From NCBI GenBank assembly GCA_965226375.1, contig CBDDCX010000006.1, positions 32,001 to 96,000 of the forward strand: a stretch of DNA of 64,000 bases, read 5' to 3'. Position numbers and translations under genes: made by a program. Source of the DNA: Longimicrobiales bacterium. GTDB taxonomy: Bacteria; Gemmatimonadota; Gemmatimonadetes; Longimicrobiales; Gaopeijiaceae. Under the pieces are notes generated by a model that saw only the letters and a program-made list of their open reading frames with translations, did no database searches and was not told the DNA's origin. Of this stretch, positions 48,867-59,912 are shown one piece after another (the stretch's first letter is position 1; the number at the start of each line of letters is the position of its first letter).

Positions 48867-50525
48867 CTACCACAGCTTCTCGATCTCGTCTTCCAGGCCG
48901 GTCATCTCCCAGCGGATCAGCGACACCGGGATCATGCCGGCGGCGTGGAACTCGTCGATGAAACGTCCCAGGCTGAATTCGTCACCGAGCTGCTGCGCTC
49001 GGTCGGCGAGCAGCTTGTCGATAGCCACCTTACCGATGACGTAGCTCGTGCCGTACGTCGGCTGCTCCAAATATAGTTGTTGCTCCCCCCAGACCGTGTT
49101 GCTCTCGGGCGGCATCCAATTCCGCGGAGTCCACTTCGACGCGTACTCCACCGCTTCCTGGATGGTGTACTCGTTGCTGTGCATCTTCAGACCGCCCATG
49201 GCACGGGCGGCTCTCTGGGCCAACAGGATGTAGACGAGCTCCTGAGCTCTCGGTACGTCGTCCAGGTATCCCGCACCCATGACCAACTCTTCCATGCCGG
49301 TCGCATATCCTTCGGCCCGGGCAGACCAGATGTTGTAGAGGAGGGGGACCCTGCGAATGGGACTCGTGTGCGCCTCGGCGTCCATGCGCGCCAGGTCGAA
49401 CCAGTGGGTGCCATGCGCCCGCATGGGCAGCATGTTGCGGTAGCTGACTTCGCTGAAGAACCCGATATCACCCACCGGAGGAGAAAAGCGCCCCTCGCGA
49501 GCCATGAGCGCGGGCTCCGCGTATTCGGGAACGGAAAAGAAATCTTCCCGATCGAGGAAGGCGACGAACTCGCGGACCGCCGCACGATACTGGCGTTGGT
49601 ACTGGCCCTCGGAGGCGATCAGGGGGAGTGCCGGCCGGTCGCGGTTCTTGTTTTCGAGAAGCTTCAGGTAGGCCCAGGACCGCCCCAACTCCCGCTCGAC
49701 GATCGCGAGCTGGTCGGCCCATGTATAGGGCAGGAGCGAGACGTTCTTCAGGTACCAGTCGTACTCTTCCACCCCGACCCCCGAGGGAGCCGCCATGGAC
49801 CCCTGCCGTCCCTCGATCCACGTGATGTACTCGTCGACAGCCGCCTGAGCTCGCCCCGCGTCGGCCGAGAGCTGTGGATAATCATCGACCACACGTTCCG
49901 CCAAACCTCCCAGGGTGCGGCTCACCCCCCCCATCGCCCGCATGCTGAGGAACCACAGGTCCGCGGCATCCACGACCAAGTTGGCCTTTGCCTGTTCGAG
50001 GATGGCCGGCATGACACTCACACCCTCCTGGAGCTCGGCCGCGCTGCGCTCGGAGAGCGGGAACTGATACGTCCAGAGCTCGATGGTACCGTACATGACC
50101 TCGCCCTCCCGGGCGGGGACATCGGACTGGGAGCCGTGGATGAGCATGTAGAAGGCGGGATTTCGAGCCCAGGGGCGGAGAACCCTGTGGTCGAACTCGA
50201 GGCCGTTCATCTCGGCGCGGACGATGTGATAGTCCACCTGCTGGGATACCGGCCACCCTTCAGGATCTATCGCGGCAAGCCGCGCCTGATACCCGTCGAG
50301 CTCCCGCTCCTGCAGCGTCATTGCCGCAGCGGTGTAATCGGGCACTCCTTCGGTCAGGGCGGGTGCCTGGAACGCGCGCCATTCCTCGTGAAGTGTGAGG
50401 AGGTCCTCGTACCTGGTACTCCCGGCTACGTCTTCTCCTTCCGGGCCCGACGCCCCCTGGCACGAGAGGAGAAACAAAAGGGATGCGATAACGGTTATGT
50501 GGCCCCGTACGGTACGCGTTGGCAT
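48867..50525 (-). CDS. DUF885-family lipoprotein
   Basis: Lipobox LLSC; RAEGYATGMEE, RAARAMGGLKMH, QPTYGTSYVIGK, G.IPVSLIRWE. Confidence 0.75.
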   Translation of the reverse strand: MPTRTVRGHITVIASLLFLLSCQGASGPEGEDVAGSTRYEDLLTLHEEWRAFQAPALTEGVPDYTAAAMTLQERELDGYQARLAAIDPEGWPVSQQVDYHIVRAEMNGLEFDHRVLRPWARNPAFYMLIHGSQSDVPAREGEVMYGTIELWTYQFPLSERSAAELQEGVSVMPAILEQAKANLVVDAADLWFLSMRAMGGVSRTLGGLAERVVDDYPQLSADAGRAQAAVDEYITWIEGRQGSMAAPSGVGVEEYDWYLKNVSLLPYTWADQLAIVERELGRSWAYLKLLENKNRDRPALPLIASEGQYQRQYRAAVREFVAFLDREDFFSVPEYAEPALMAREGRFSPPVGDIGFFSEVSYRNMLPMRAHGTHWFDLARMDAEAHTSPIRRVPLLYNIWSARAEGYATGMEELVMGAGYLDDVPRAQELVYILLAQRAARAMGGLKMHSNEYTIQEAVEYASKWTPRNWMPPESNTVWGEQQLYLEQPTYGTSYVIGKVAIDKLLADRAQQLGDEFSLGRFIDEFHAAGMIPVSLIRWEMTGLEDEIEKLW

Positions 50526-50670
50526 GCCAACCTCCTTGAAGGCGAGCTGGCGGGGCCCCCCTCGGATGGGAAAAGCGGTGTGCGATTGTACTTCGACCAC
50601 GCCCGCTCCACCAGCACGGCCCAGGCCATGCGGATTGAGTCGGGCAAGCCCGCCCGGTAGATTGCCAGCC

Positions 50671-51456
50671 ATGAGCCCTCCGGACGATTCACCCCGCCTC
50701 TACGGTGACCGAGAGGTCGGCCTGATTCTGAAGCGTGCCACGGAGCTTCAGGATACAGCCCCGGAACCCTCCGGAACCGGCCTTTCCCTCGCGGATCTGG
50801 AAGAGATCGCCCTCGAAGCCGGGATCGATCCCGCACATCTTCGGCGCGCCGCTGCCGAGGTGGAGGCAGGGGCTCCAGCCTCCGGGCTCGCGACGGCGTT
50901 CCTCGGTACATCTCCCACCATCTCCATCGAGCGGGTGATCCAAGGGGAGATTGCCGAAGACGTGTTCGAGATCCTCGTCCCCGAGATTCAGCGCGTGGAC
51001 ACGGGTGGTCAAGGTGTACCCAGCCTGTTCGGCCGGACACTGACCTGGCGCTCGAACACGCCCTCGAATACGCGATCCCTCCAACTCACCGTGTCATCCC
51101 GCGACGGCGAGACGCAGATCCGCATCGAGGAGCAACTTCACGGATTCGCGGGCGGCCTCTTCGGTGGGCTCGTGGGAGGTGGCGGGGCCGGGATCGGGAT
51201 CGGCGTGGGTGTCGGAGTGGGCGTCGACGTACTCGGCTCGGTCCTCTTCAGTGTGGCCTTCCCCTTGGGGGTGATAGGGGGATGTTACCTGCTCGCACGA
51301 TCCATCTTCGGTGCCACGGTAAGCCGTAGGCAGCGTACGCTTCACGGCCTGATGGAACGGCTCACCGAGATCGTGCAGAAGGAAATCTCGCAGAAGGTGG
51401 TTGAAGGGGACGAGACCCCCGCGGCGCTTCCACCTGGAGAAGCGCCAGGACACTAG
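50671..51456 (+). CDS. Hypothetical membrane protein with glycine-rich hairpin
   Basis: YGDREVGLILKRATELQ...LSLADLEEIALEAGIDP; GGLFGGLVGGGGAGIGIGVG TM region. Confidence 0.7.
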   Translation: MSPPDDSPRLYGDREVGLILKRATELQDTAPEPSGTGLSLADLEEIALEAGIDPAHLRRAAAEVEAGAPASGLATAFLGTSPTISIERVIQGEIAEDVFEILVPEIQRVDTGGQGVPSLFGRTLTWRSNTPSNTRSLQLTVSSRDGETQIRIEEQLHGFAGGLFGGLVGGGGAGIGIGVGVGVGVDVLGSVLFSVAFPLGVIGGCYLLARSIFGATVSRRQRTLHGLMERLTEIVQKEISQKVVEGDETPAALPPGEAPGH

Positions 51457-52397
51457 TCCCTTCGGCTCGGCGCCGCCGGCAGCGCATCGACGAACTCCTC
51501 CATGCGACGGCGGAAGGCCGCGTCGGGCAGCCGGCCCTGGGCCGCTCCGATGTTGTCCACGGCGTGATGGGCCTTGGTCGTACCCGGAATCACCGCCGTC
51601 ACGGACGGGTGCGACACCACGTACGTGAGGAAGAACTGGCCCCAGCTCTCGCAGTCGATCTCCGATGCCCACGCGGGGAGCTCACGGTCACCCACACGCG
51701 AGAACAGGCGCCCGCGCCCGAACGGAAGGTTAACGAGCACACCCATTCCGCGGTCGGTCGCCAACGGGAGGATGCGCTCCGCCGCATCGCGCGCGTCGGC
51801 AGCGTAGTTGATCTGGATAAAGTCCAGATCCTCCGCCGTCATGATCCGCTCCATCTGGTCGAATTGGCGCGTGCTCGAGGTGGTGATGCCGAGATACTTG
51901 ATGCGACCCTCCTGCTTCCACTCACGGAGGGTGGGTAGCTGGGCCTCCCATCCGCGCAAGTTGTGGACCTGGACGAGCTGGAAGTGATCGGTATGCATGC
52001 GCTCCAGGGAGCCTTGCATGCGGGCGATGCCGGACTCACGATCCTCCCGGTCCACCTTGGTCGCCAACCACAGGTCGTCACGAATCCCCAGATCGGCCAG
52101 CAGGTCGCCTACGATGGCCTCGGAGGCCCCGTAGTTGGGTGAGGTATCCAGAACTCGACCGCCGAGATCGTGGAACGTCTGGAGGGTCCTTCGGAACTCG
52201 GCGGTGTCGGGTGCCCAGCCTTCACCAACCCGGTAGTTACGAGCACCGAGTCCAACAACAGGCACCCGCTCGCCCGACGAGGGAATCTGCTTGGTGATCA
52301 ACTCGGCGACCTGGGCCCTCAGCGGACTCCGACCGAGAAGCATCGATGCTCCTGCGCCCGCACCGATCTTGATGGCTTCACGACGTGTGAACTTCAT
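51453..52397 (-). CDS. Tat-exported aldo/keto reductase
   Basis: TRREAIK twin-arginine signal; LDTSPNYGASE, ATKV, QVHNL, VIPGT. Confidence 0.9.
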   Translation of the reverse strand: MKFTRREAIKIGAGAGASMLLGRSPLRAQVAELITKQIPSSGERVPVVGLGARNYRVGEGWAPDTAEFRRTLQTFHDLGGRVLDTSPNYGASEAIVGDLLADLGIRDDLWLATKVDREDRESGIARMQGSLERMHTDHFQLVQVHNLRGWEAQLPTLREWKQEGRIKYLGITTSSTRQFDQMERIMTAEDLDFIQINYAADARDAAERILPLATDRGMGVLVNLPFGRGRLFSRVGDRELPAWASEIDCESWGQFFLTYVVSHPSVTAVIPGTTKAHHAVDNIGAAQGRLPDAAFRRRMEEFVDALPAAPSRRD

Positions 52398-52650
52398 CTC
52401 TGGCGACTCCACCTGTTGTTGCGAACGTTGGCCTGAGGGCCCGGGCGGGAAGAGCATGCGGCCAATGGGACTCCTCGCCCAGTCGATCTCCGGTCATCCA
52501 AGACACACCCGGCCCATCTACTCTGCTGGTCCCACAAGGGGGGCGCAAGCCACCGGCCGGGGTTTGCACCGGCCCCCGTTGCCGCCGGGAATCCGTCGGC
52601 GTATCGTCGACGGTCCACACCTCTTCATCCCCTGACATTTCGGAGCGCTC

Positions 52651-53586
52651 TTGCACCTCTTCCTGCTGATCCTCGGCCTTGTGGCCCTTTGGCAAGGTAC
52701 CGACTTCGCGCTGGTGGGCGCTCTCCGGATCAGTTCCCGTTACGGCGTCTCTCGGGGGTTCGTCGGGCTGACCGTCTTGGCCATCGGAACCGGACTGCCC
52801 GAGTTGGTGGTGGGAGTCGTCGGAGGCATGGAGCAGCTGGCCGGTGTCGAAGCGTCCGGCGTGGTGGTCGGCAACATGACCGGCAGTGTGGTTGCTCAGG
52901 GTGCCCTGGTGCTGGGTGTGTCCGGACTCTTCGCCTACCTGCGCTTCGCTCCCCGCATGATTCGACGGGACGGGGTCATCCTGTTGTTGGCGATCGGTCT
53001 GTTCGCTCTCGTGGGCATCGACGGCCGCATCACCCGAGCCGAAGGCGCCGTCCTGATCGTTGGATACGCCATCTACTTGGTCGCCCTCCTGCAGGCCGAG
53101 CGAAACGGGAAGTACGAGCCGGAGGCCGTAAAGGGGCGGCCCATCGTCGACTTCATGACGGTAGCGCTCGGCCTCGCGACGGTGGTCGTCGCCGCCCATG
53201 TGGTGGTCGTGAACGCCATCTCCATCGCGCAAGACTGGAACATCAGTCAGACCGTGATCGGCATCTTCCTGGTGGGAGCCGGTACCAGTCTTCCTGAGCT
53301 GGCCCTTTCGGTCCGCGCCGCTGCCAAGGGACAGTCGAGCATCTCGGTGGGGAACATCATCGGAAGCAATACCTTCGATCTCATGGTTCCAGTGGGAGCG
53401 AGTTCCGTGCTCTTTCCACTCACGGTGACCAAAGATGTGCTGATCATCGACGTGCCGGTCATGCTGATCGTGACGGCCACCGCGCTGTATTTCTTCATCC
53501 ATAAGAAGGGTCTGCAGAGGAAAGAAGCGATCGCGCTGCTCGTCATGTACGGGAGCTACATGATTCTGCGCTTGTTCATCGTTTAG
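52651..53586 (+). CDS. Ca2+/Na+ antiporter (YrbG/CaCA family)
   Basis: Alpha repeats GTGLPEL / GTSLPEL and GNMTGS / GNIIGSN. Confidence 0.92.
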   Translation: MHLFLLILGLVALWQGTDFALVGALRISSRYGVSRGFVGLTVLAIGTGLPELVVGVVGGMEQLAGVEASGVVVGNMTGSVVAQGALVLGVSGLFAYLRFAPRMIRRDGVILLLAIGLFALVGIDGRITRAEGAVLIVGYAIYLVALLQAERNGKYEPEAVKGRPIVDFMTVALGLATVVVAAHVVVVNAISIAQDWNISQTVIGIFLVGAGTSLPELALSVRAAAKGQSSISVGNIIGSNTFDLMVPVGASSVLFPLTVTKDVLIIDVPVMLIVTATALYFFIHKKGLQRKEAIALLVMYGSYMILRLFIV

Positions 53587-53659
53587 TCCCCTCGTCGCCC
53601 TTTCGGCGTGCGTCCCTAAAGGGATCAATACTCACCAGTCCCTGACGGTACTCCGCGTG

Positions 53660-54178
53660 CTAGAGGGTCCGCAATCCCTCGTAGTGTTCCCTCAAGGCGT
53701 CCCGCAGAACGTCCTCGAATGCGAGAAGCTCGAACTCGAGTTGGTCGGCCAGGGATTCGGCGAACGCAGTCCGATGGAAACAACGTGCGAACACCCTCGG
53801 CTCGGTGGCACGACTCCTCAATAGCATCGCGGCCCGGAAGTTGACCACCTCTTCCTCCGCGGCCAGCAGGTAAACCGGCGTGGCGCCGCCTTCACCCAGA
53901 ATCCGCTCCACCTCGGCCCACGTCCCCGGGTCCTCCAGCTCCCCGTCCACGGTGGAGTACGTCAGCGCATCCAAGGACACGTCCGCGGAGAACTTTCGGA
54001 CGCGCCGCGCTGCCGCCTCGTCCACGATTACGATGCGGTCCAGATCGGCGGCGGCCGTGACCCGTAGTAGCTCCAAAATGGTCTGCGCGAACCGGCCGAA
54101 TCCTCCAATGACCACGACGTCTCGGTCCCCGGTCTCCTGGAAGTGAGGGTGGAGGTGGCGCTCGTAGAGGTGTAGAGT
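53660..54178 (-). pseudogene. 3' fragment of an RCK/TrkA-N (NAD-binding) domain protein
   Basis: VVIGGFGRFAQTILE Rossmann motif; 5' end replaced by unrelated sequence. Confidence 0.6.
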
Positions 54179-54179
54179 C

Positions 54180-54400
54180 CATCGCCGCCGGGGACAATGG
54201 GAACAGGCGGCGGCGGAGTTGGAGGCGGCCTTCCGTCTGAATCCTCGCGAGTACTTGAGCGCGCTCACTTTGGGCCAGATCTACGCCTATACGAAAGACT
54301 TCGCGCAGGCGATTTCACTTCGCCCCCAAAGCTCACCCCCGTACATAGACAAGGCCGTCCAGTACCTGAGTGCGGACGGGTCGAACGCCCGTGCCGTTCG
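54180..54400 (+). pseudogene. TPR protein fragment
   Basis: RRGQWEQAAAELEAAFRLNPREYLSALTLGQIY TPR pattern; no start or natural end. Confidence 0.5.
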
Positions 54401-54429
54401 GACTCGCTGGAACTACGGCCGAGGCGACG

Positions 54430-55824
54430 GGTCAAGTCCCGAGTTGTGTGTAAAAGTGAGAGGAAGCTCCTCGATGCTTCTGTTAGGCTGCCTTGGCGAC
54501 CTCCTTCGGTTCGAGAAGCGTGAGATCCAGGTAGCGACGTTCGCTCCAGGCCGCAGTAGTCCTTAGAGCAACCGCAGTGATGAGGCGGAGCGCGCTGGCT
54601 CGGTCGGGGAAGGCGCCGGCGCTCCGGATCCGACGCTTGATCTCGGTGTGCAGGCGCTCGAGGCTGTTCGTGGTGCGCAGTCGGGCCCAGTGGGGCTCGG
54701 GGAACGCGTAGAACTGGGTGGCGGCCGTGAAGCCCCGCTCAAGCACGTTGACTGCCTCGGGGAGCTCCTTGTGCCAGCGCGCCGTGATCTCGGCCAGGCG
54801 CTTCTTCGACTCAGCGAGCCCGGGGGCCCGGAAGACGGCGGCAACCTCGCGCGCCACACGCTTGCGCAGGCGATGCGGGACCTTGGCCAGCACGTTGCGT
54901 TGCAGGTGGACAGTACAGCGCTGGCAGCGCACCTCGGGCAGGAAGCGGCGCACCGCGGCTGCCAGGCCCGCGTGCTCATCCGCGATCACGAGCTGGACGC
55001 CGCTGAGACCACGCTCCAGGAGTTGCTCGAGGAGCTCCGACCAGCTGTTCTCCGATTCCTCAGGGCCCAGCGTGATGCCCAGGAGCCGGCGGTGGCCGTC
55101 CGGGCCCACGGCGTAGGCCACGAGCGCGCTCACGTTCTCGACCTTTCGGGCCCAGCGGGCATCGAGGAACGTCGCGTCCAGGTACAGGTAGGGGTGGGCC
55201 CCCTCGATGGGTGCACTCCGCAGCGTTTGCACGCCCTCGTCGAGCCGCTTCGCGACCCGGCTCACCGTCGAGCGTCCCACGCGCTCACCCATGAGTGCCT
55301 CGGTCACGTCGCCCATCTTGCGCTGCGACACGCCGCTCACGTAGGCCTCCACCATCATCGCATCGACTTCTTCACTCCTGCGCTGGTAGCGACCCATCAC
55401 GTCGGCGGGCGAGCCGCCTTCCCGGCTGCGCGGGACCGTCACGTCGATCTGACCCAGGCTCGTAAGCAGGCGCCTCAGATACGTCCCGTTCCTGTGGCCC
55501 TTCCGGCTGCCGACCCGCTCGAATCGTCGCGCTCCGACCATCGCCTTCAACTCCTCCTCCAACACCATCTCGAGCGTTAGCCGGATCGCGCCCTGAAACA
55601 GCGACTTCAAATCCTGACGCAGCTCGTCTTGCGTGGCCCGCTCAACTTCGACCATCTTTTCCATGAGGAAGCTCCTTGTTCCGGTTCCGACCTGCTCACG
55701 CAGGCCGGACTCCCGGGTTCATGTGATGATGAACAATTCACAAGGAGCTTCCTCTTTCTTTTCCGGGCTGTCCACCCTCCTCGGACGCCCTCACCCCCTT
55801 TTACACAATCTTAGTGACACTACC
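54430..55824 (-). mobile_element. IS256-family insertion sequence with 8-bp target duplication
   Basis: Ends GGTCAAGTC...TGTGTAAAA and reverse complement GGTAGTGTC...TGTGTAAAA; AGGCGACG directly repeated at 54422-54429 and 55825-55832. Confidence 0.93.
54483..55664 (-). CDS. IS256 (Mutator-type) transposase
   Basis: RNGTY, VPRSR, YLYLDAT, IADEHAGL, QRCTVHLQRN, RTTNSLERL. Confidence 0.95.
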   Translation of the reverse strand: MEKMVEVERATQDELRQDLKSLFQGAIRLTLEMVLEEELKAMVGARRFERVGSRKGHRNGTYLRRLLTSLGQIDVTVPRSREGGSPADVMGRYQRRSEEVDAMMVEAYVSGVSQRKMGDVTEALMGERVGRSTVSRVAKRLDEGVQTLRSAPIEGAHPYLYLDATFLDARWARKVENVSALVAYAVGPDGHRRLLGITLGPEESENSWSELLEQLLERGLSGVQLVIADEHAGLAAAVRRFLPEVRCQRCTVHLQRNVLAKVPHRLRKRVAREVAAVFRAPGLAESKKRLAEITARWHKELPEAVNVLERGFTAATQFYAFPEPHWARLRTTNSLERLHTEIKRRIRSAGAFPDRASALRLITAVALRTTAAWSERRYLDLTLLEPKEVAKAA

Positions 55825-56914
55825 AGGCGACGACCCGGCAAACCCCAAGTACGAGTTCCGCTGCGATGTCCACTACTGCTCGGGCGCCTGTATCGCCGTC
55901 CGACGTGACCTCTTCGAGAGCCTGGGCGGCTTTGATCTGCGCTTCGCCCCCATGTACTACGAGGATGTGGACCTTGCCTTCGCCGTCCGTGCCGGCGGCC
56001 GGCGGGTCGTATATCAACCCACGTGCGTCATCGTCCACTTCGAAGGCGGGACGGCCGGTACGGATACGGGAAGCGGCGGCAAACGGTATCAGATCCTCCA
56101 GCAGAAGACATTCGCGGAGAAGTGGGCGGCGGAACTCGGTGAGCAGCCGGCGCCCGGCTCCAACCCGGACGTGGCGCGGTATCGCCCGACGGGTCCCCAC
56201 GTGTTGATCATCGATTCCTATACCCCCCGACCCGACCGCGACGCAGGATCGCTGCGCATGCACAACCTGTGTACGATCCTGCCACGGCTGGGCTGTCACG
56301 TTTCCTTCCTGCCCGAAAACCGAGCGCAGGACGGCGACTATACGCGCTCCTTGCAAGATACAGGCGTGGAGGCGCTCTACCATCCGTACCTACCTTCCCT
56401 GGAGAGCCACCTGCAGGCGGCCGGCGACCGCTACCACACCGTGATCATGAGCCGCGTCGAGGTGGCGGCCGAGGTTGTGGACCTCGTCCGCCGTCACTGC
56501 CCCAAGGCCCACCGCGTGTTTGACACCGTTGATCTTCACTTCCTCCGTGAGGCACGGCGAGCCCTGACCGACGGACGCTCTGCCAAGGAAGTCGAGCGCC
56601 TGAAAGAGCAGGAACTTGCTGTGGCACGGGCCTGTGACCTGACGCTTGTCGTTAGCCCGGCCGAAAAAGACGTGCTCGCGCGCGAGGTGCCGGACGTTGC
56701 GGTCGAGATTCTCTCGCTCATCGTGCCCCCCGACCCGACGGAGACGCCCTTCGCCGATCGAAGCGGCATCCTGTTCATCGGCAACTTCCAGCACCCGCCG
56801 AACTGCGATGCGTTGGGACACTACCTGCGCGATATTCACCCGGCCGTGCTATCAGCGTGGGGCGCCGGCCAACCTCCACAGCGTACCGCAACACACCGAG
56901 GAGAAGCTCGGTAA
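55825..56914 (+). pseudogene. Glycosyltransferase (GT2 end plus GT4-like domain), IS-interrupted and truncated
   Basis: WNYGRGD|DPANPKY...YCSGAC...YYEDVDL...HFEG; PDRDAGSLR, DTVDLHFLRE, FIGNFQHPPN; similarity lost near 56850. Confidence 0.8.
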
Positions 56915-57620
56915 ACTCCCGCAAACCCACCAGCAGGCACTGGCAGTCCACGTCGGTGGCCGAGAGCACGAACAACCAGGATGGAGCATCCTGCGGTTCA
57001 TCTTGCTCGCTCGCAGGAGATGCGTCGCCCGGATCCGCAGCCGCGCGCGGCACCGCAGGATTGAAGAAGGTAGCGCCTCGAATGCCCTCGTCCAGGTCGG
57101 GGATCGACGTCGGATACAGGTGGATCGCGTCTTCGAGACTCGGCACCCGGAAGACTTTCGTTCGCCGGTCCAGCAGGCGCATCATGAGGCGCCTTCGCCA
57201 GCGGGTCCACACGGTCTGAGAGGCCATTCCCATCCAGGTATCGACCTGGGCAAGGGTCAATTGCGGTGCCAATCCGAGGAACGGATCGCTGGTTATGACG
57301 TGGCAACCGCGGTCCCGAAGCTGGCGCAAGAGCGCGTCCAGCGATTGGCGCGACAGCAGACGGTCCGCAGAGAGCAGGTAGCCTGAGAAGAGGAAAACGA
57401 GATCCGGCTCATGGGCGTCGACAGTGTCGAGAATGTCTCGCAGATTGGCGTAGACGGCTGCGGGAAACGGAAGCGTTGCACTGTTCTGGGCATAGAGATG
57501 CTCGGGGAGGAGCATCCGCGTGCCGTTGGCGAATTCCTGCCCGCGCAGTAATGATCTGGCGAGGCCAAGCTGCTCATAGTCCCTGTCCTTGGATAGGACA
57601 AACAACGATCGGGCGTCGTT
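56850..57620 (-). pseudogene. Hypothetical protein fragment
   Basis: Protein-like core of ORF 56775-57773 (PDLVFLFSGY, VITSDPFLG); both ends look like junctions. Confidence 0.35.
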
Positions 57621-57859
57621 ATGCGTCTTCGGGGTCACGGTTGTCCCTACCTGCCGTCCGAGTCCTGACTTGCCGGCCAAAGTGGGCCGAGAGTGTATCT
57701 CAGCATCAACCGCAGTGCAAACGGTAACCGTCCGCCAGGGAGCGCTGTACAACCCAGTGTTGGCATCAGTCACTGTATGGGTGAAAATAAATACGATGAC
57801 GTATCATGGGGTGGCGTTTTCGGGCCTTTGGTTGGTATCTCGGATTCAACCAGGAGCCC

Positions 57860-58614
57860 GACGATGCCCGCGCCCTGGGGCACCGGAACCGGCGGGTCCA
57901 CCGCCATCTATGGCGCACAGCTCGAGCGGTTTACCCCCGCGGATTTCGAGCCGAGAGCGAACTTCCCTGACGTGCGGGACGCAAACCTTCCCGAACGATG
58001 GCCGATCACGTATGACGAGCTCGCCCCATACTACCGTCTGGCCGAAGCCATCTATCGCGTGCGCGGCACCCAGGATCCCTTGAACCCCGATCCCCAAGCT
58101 TCGCTCCTTCCCCCCCCCTCCCCTCAGCGAACGGGATCAAGTCTTCAACGACTCGTTCCGAAAGCTCGACTTGCACCCTTACCGATCCCATGTGGGGTTC
58201 GACTACAGCGCCGGGTGCAAGGAATGCCTTGACCTCTGTGTACGGGGGTGCAAGAGCGATGCGGCAACGTCGTGCCTGATGCCCGCACTCACGGTGCACG
58301 GAGCCCATATCTTACCGGACTGCGAGGTTGTGGAACTCGTCGCTGATCGCTCGCGCGTGAGCGCGGTTCGCGCGCGGTGGGACGGCGGGGAGGGCACGCT
58401 GTCAGCGAAGATCATCGTGCTCGCGGCAGGATCGCTCATGACGCCTATCCTTCTCTTGAACTCCCGATCACTGGCCTGGCCGGAGGGCCTTGCGAACCGC
58501 ACCGGACTGGTGGGTCGGAACCTGATGTTGCACGTCAGCGACATCCTGGCGATCGATCCACGCACCTGGTACCCCGACCAAGGTCCATCGCGCACGCTGA
58601 CCCTCAACCCTCTC
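57860..58614 (+). pseudogene. GMC-family oxidoreductase fragment
   Basis: GTGGSTAIYGA, WPITYDELAPYY, CxxC...CKSDA, VLAAGSLMTPILLLNS, GLAN..GLVGRNLMLH; frameshift in the poly-C near 58110-58123; cut by the IS. Confidence 0.8.
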
Positions 58615-59912
58615 TGCCAACGTACGTGAGACACGGAGCACGCAAAGAATTAGAGTAGGGCGAAGGCAGAGAAAACGAACATGTTGGGACTGCGAGAGAG
58701 AATGGCAGAGAATGGTAGTGCCCCTGGAACCGGGGAGGCCAAGCGAAGCGCGGCAGCTCCTGCGGACCCGGAGGTAGTAGATAGGCCGCTACGGCGGCGG
58801 TTCAGTCCGTCGTACAAGCTGCGGATCGTCGAAGAAGCGGACCGGTGCACCGAGCCCGGCGAGGTGGGTCAAGTCCTGCGGCGAGAGGGCCTGTACTCGT
58901 CGCACCTGACGACGTGGCGCAAGGCGGCGCATAGCGGGTCGCTGAAGGCCCTGTCGAAGAAACGCGGCCGCAAGCCGGAGCGAAATCCGCTGGATGAGAA
59001 GGTACGCAAGCTGGAGCGGCGAAACGCACGGCTCGGGAATGAGCTCAGGAAGGCACACCTGATCATCGACGTGCAGGGAAAAGTTGCGGGGCTGCTGGGG
59101 ATAAGCCTCGACGACGGGACAAACTCTTGAAGGCGGCCGATGAGCTGGCTAAGCACGTCGGTGTAAAACCGGCGTGCGCGGCCCTCGAGGTCTCCCGATC
59201 GACGTTGTACCGTCGTCGAGGCCCATCAACCGGGCAACAGCAGCCCCGCCCGACGCCCGCCCGGGCATTGAGCGAGACGGAACGAGGCGAGGTCTTCGAC
59301 ACGCTGTGTTCGGAGCGGTTCGTGGACCGCTCACCCGCCGAGGTGGTGGCCACGCTGCTCGACGAAGAGGTCTACCTGTGCAGCGAACGCACGATGTATC
59401 GTGTTCTGGCCTCCGAGGTGCCGGTTCAGGAACGCCGGGCGCAGCGCACCCATCCCGAGTACAAGAAGCCCGAGTTGATGGCCACGGCGCCGAACCAGGT
59501 GTGGTCCTGGGATATCACGCGGCTGCTCGGGCCGAAGAAGTGGAGCTATTACTACCTCTACGTCATCATGGACATCTACAGCCGCTACGTCGTGGGCTGG
59601 ATGGTGGCGGACCGGGAGAACTCGGCCCTGGCCGGCCGGTTGATCCAGCAGAGCTGCCTGAAGCATGGCGTCCAGCCCCGGGTCCTGACCCTGCACTCGG
59701 ATCGGGGAGCTCCAATGACGAGCCAATGCACCGCTCAACTTCTCGCTGACCTCGGCGTGACCCGCTCGTTGAGCCGGCCTCAGGTGTCGGATGACAACCC
59801 GTTTTCCGAGGCTCAGTTCAAAACCTTGAAGTACCATCCCTCGTTTCCCGGACGGTTCGGGGATCAGGGCCAAGCCAAGACGTTCTGTCGATCGTTCTTC
59901 CGCTGGTACAAC
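58615..59912 (+). mobile_element. Partial IS3-family element (right end missing)
   Basis: Probable left end TGCCAACGTACGTGAGACAC; orfA 58681-59130; orfB from 59127 (WSWDIT, HSDRG, DNPFSEAQFKT) breaks off after FFRWYN. Confidence 0.85.

Noticed and set aside
49077..50660. Long antisense ORFs (also 38357-39781, 52378-53628, 25682-26851 and others)
   Set aside because: Expected shadows of real genes in high-GC DNA; no motifs.
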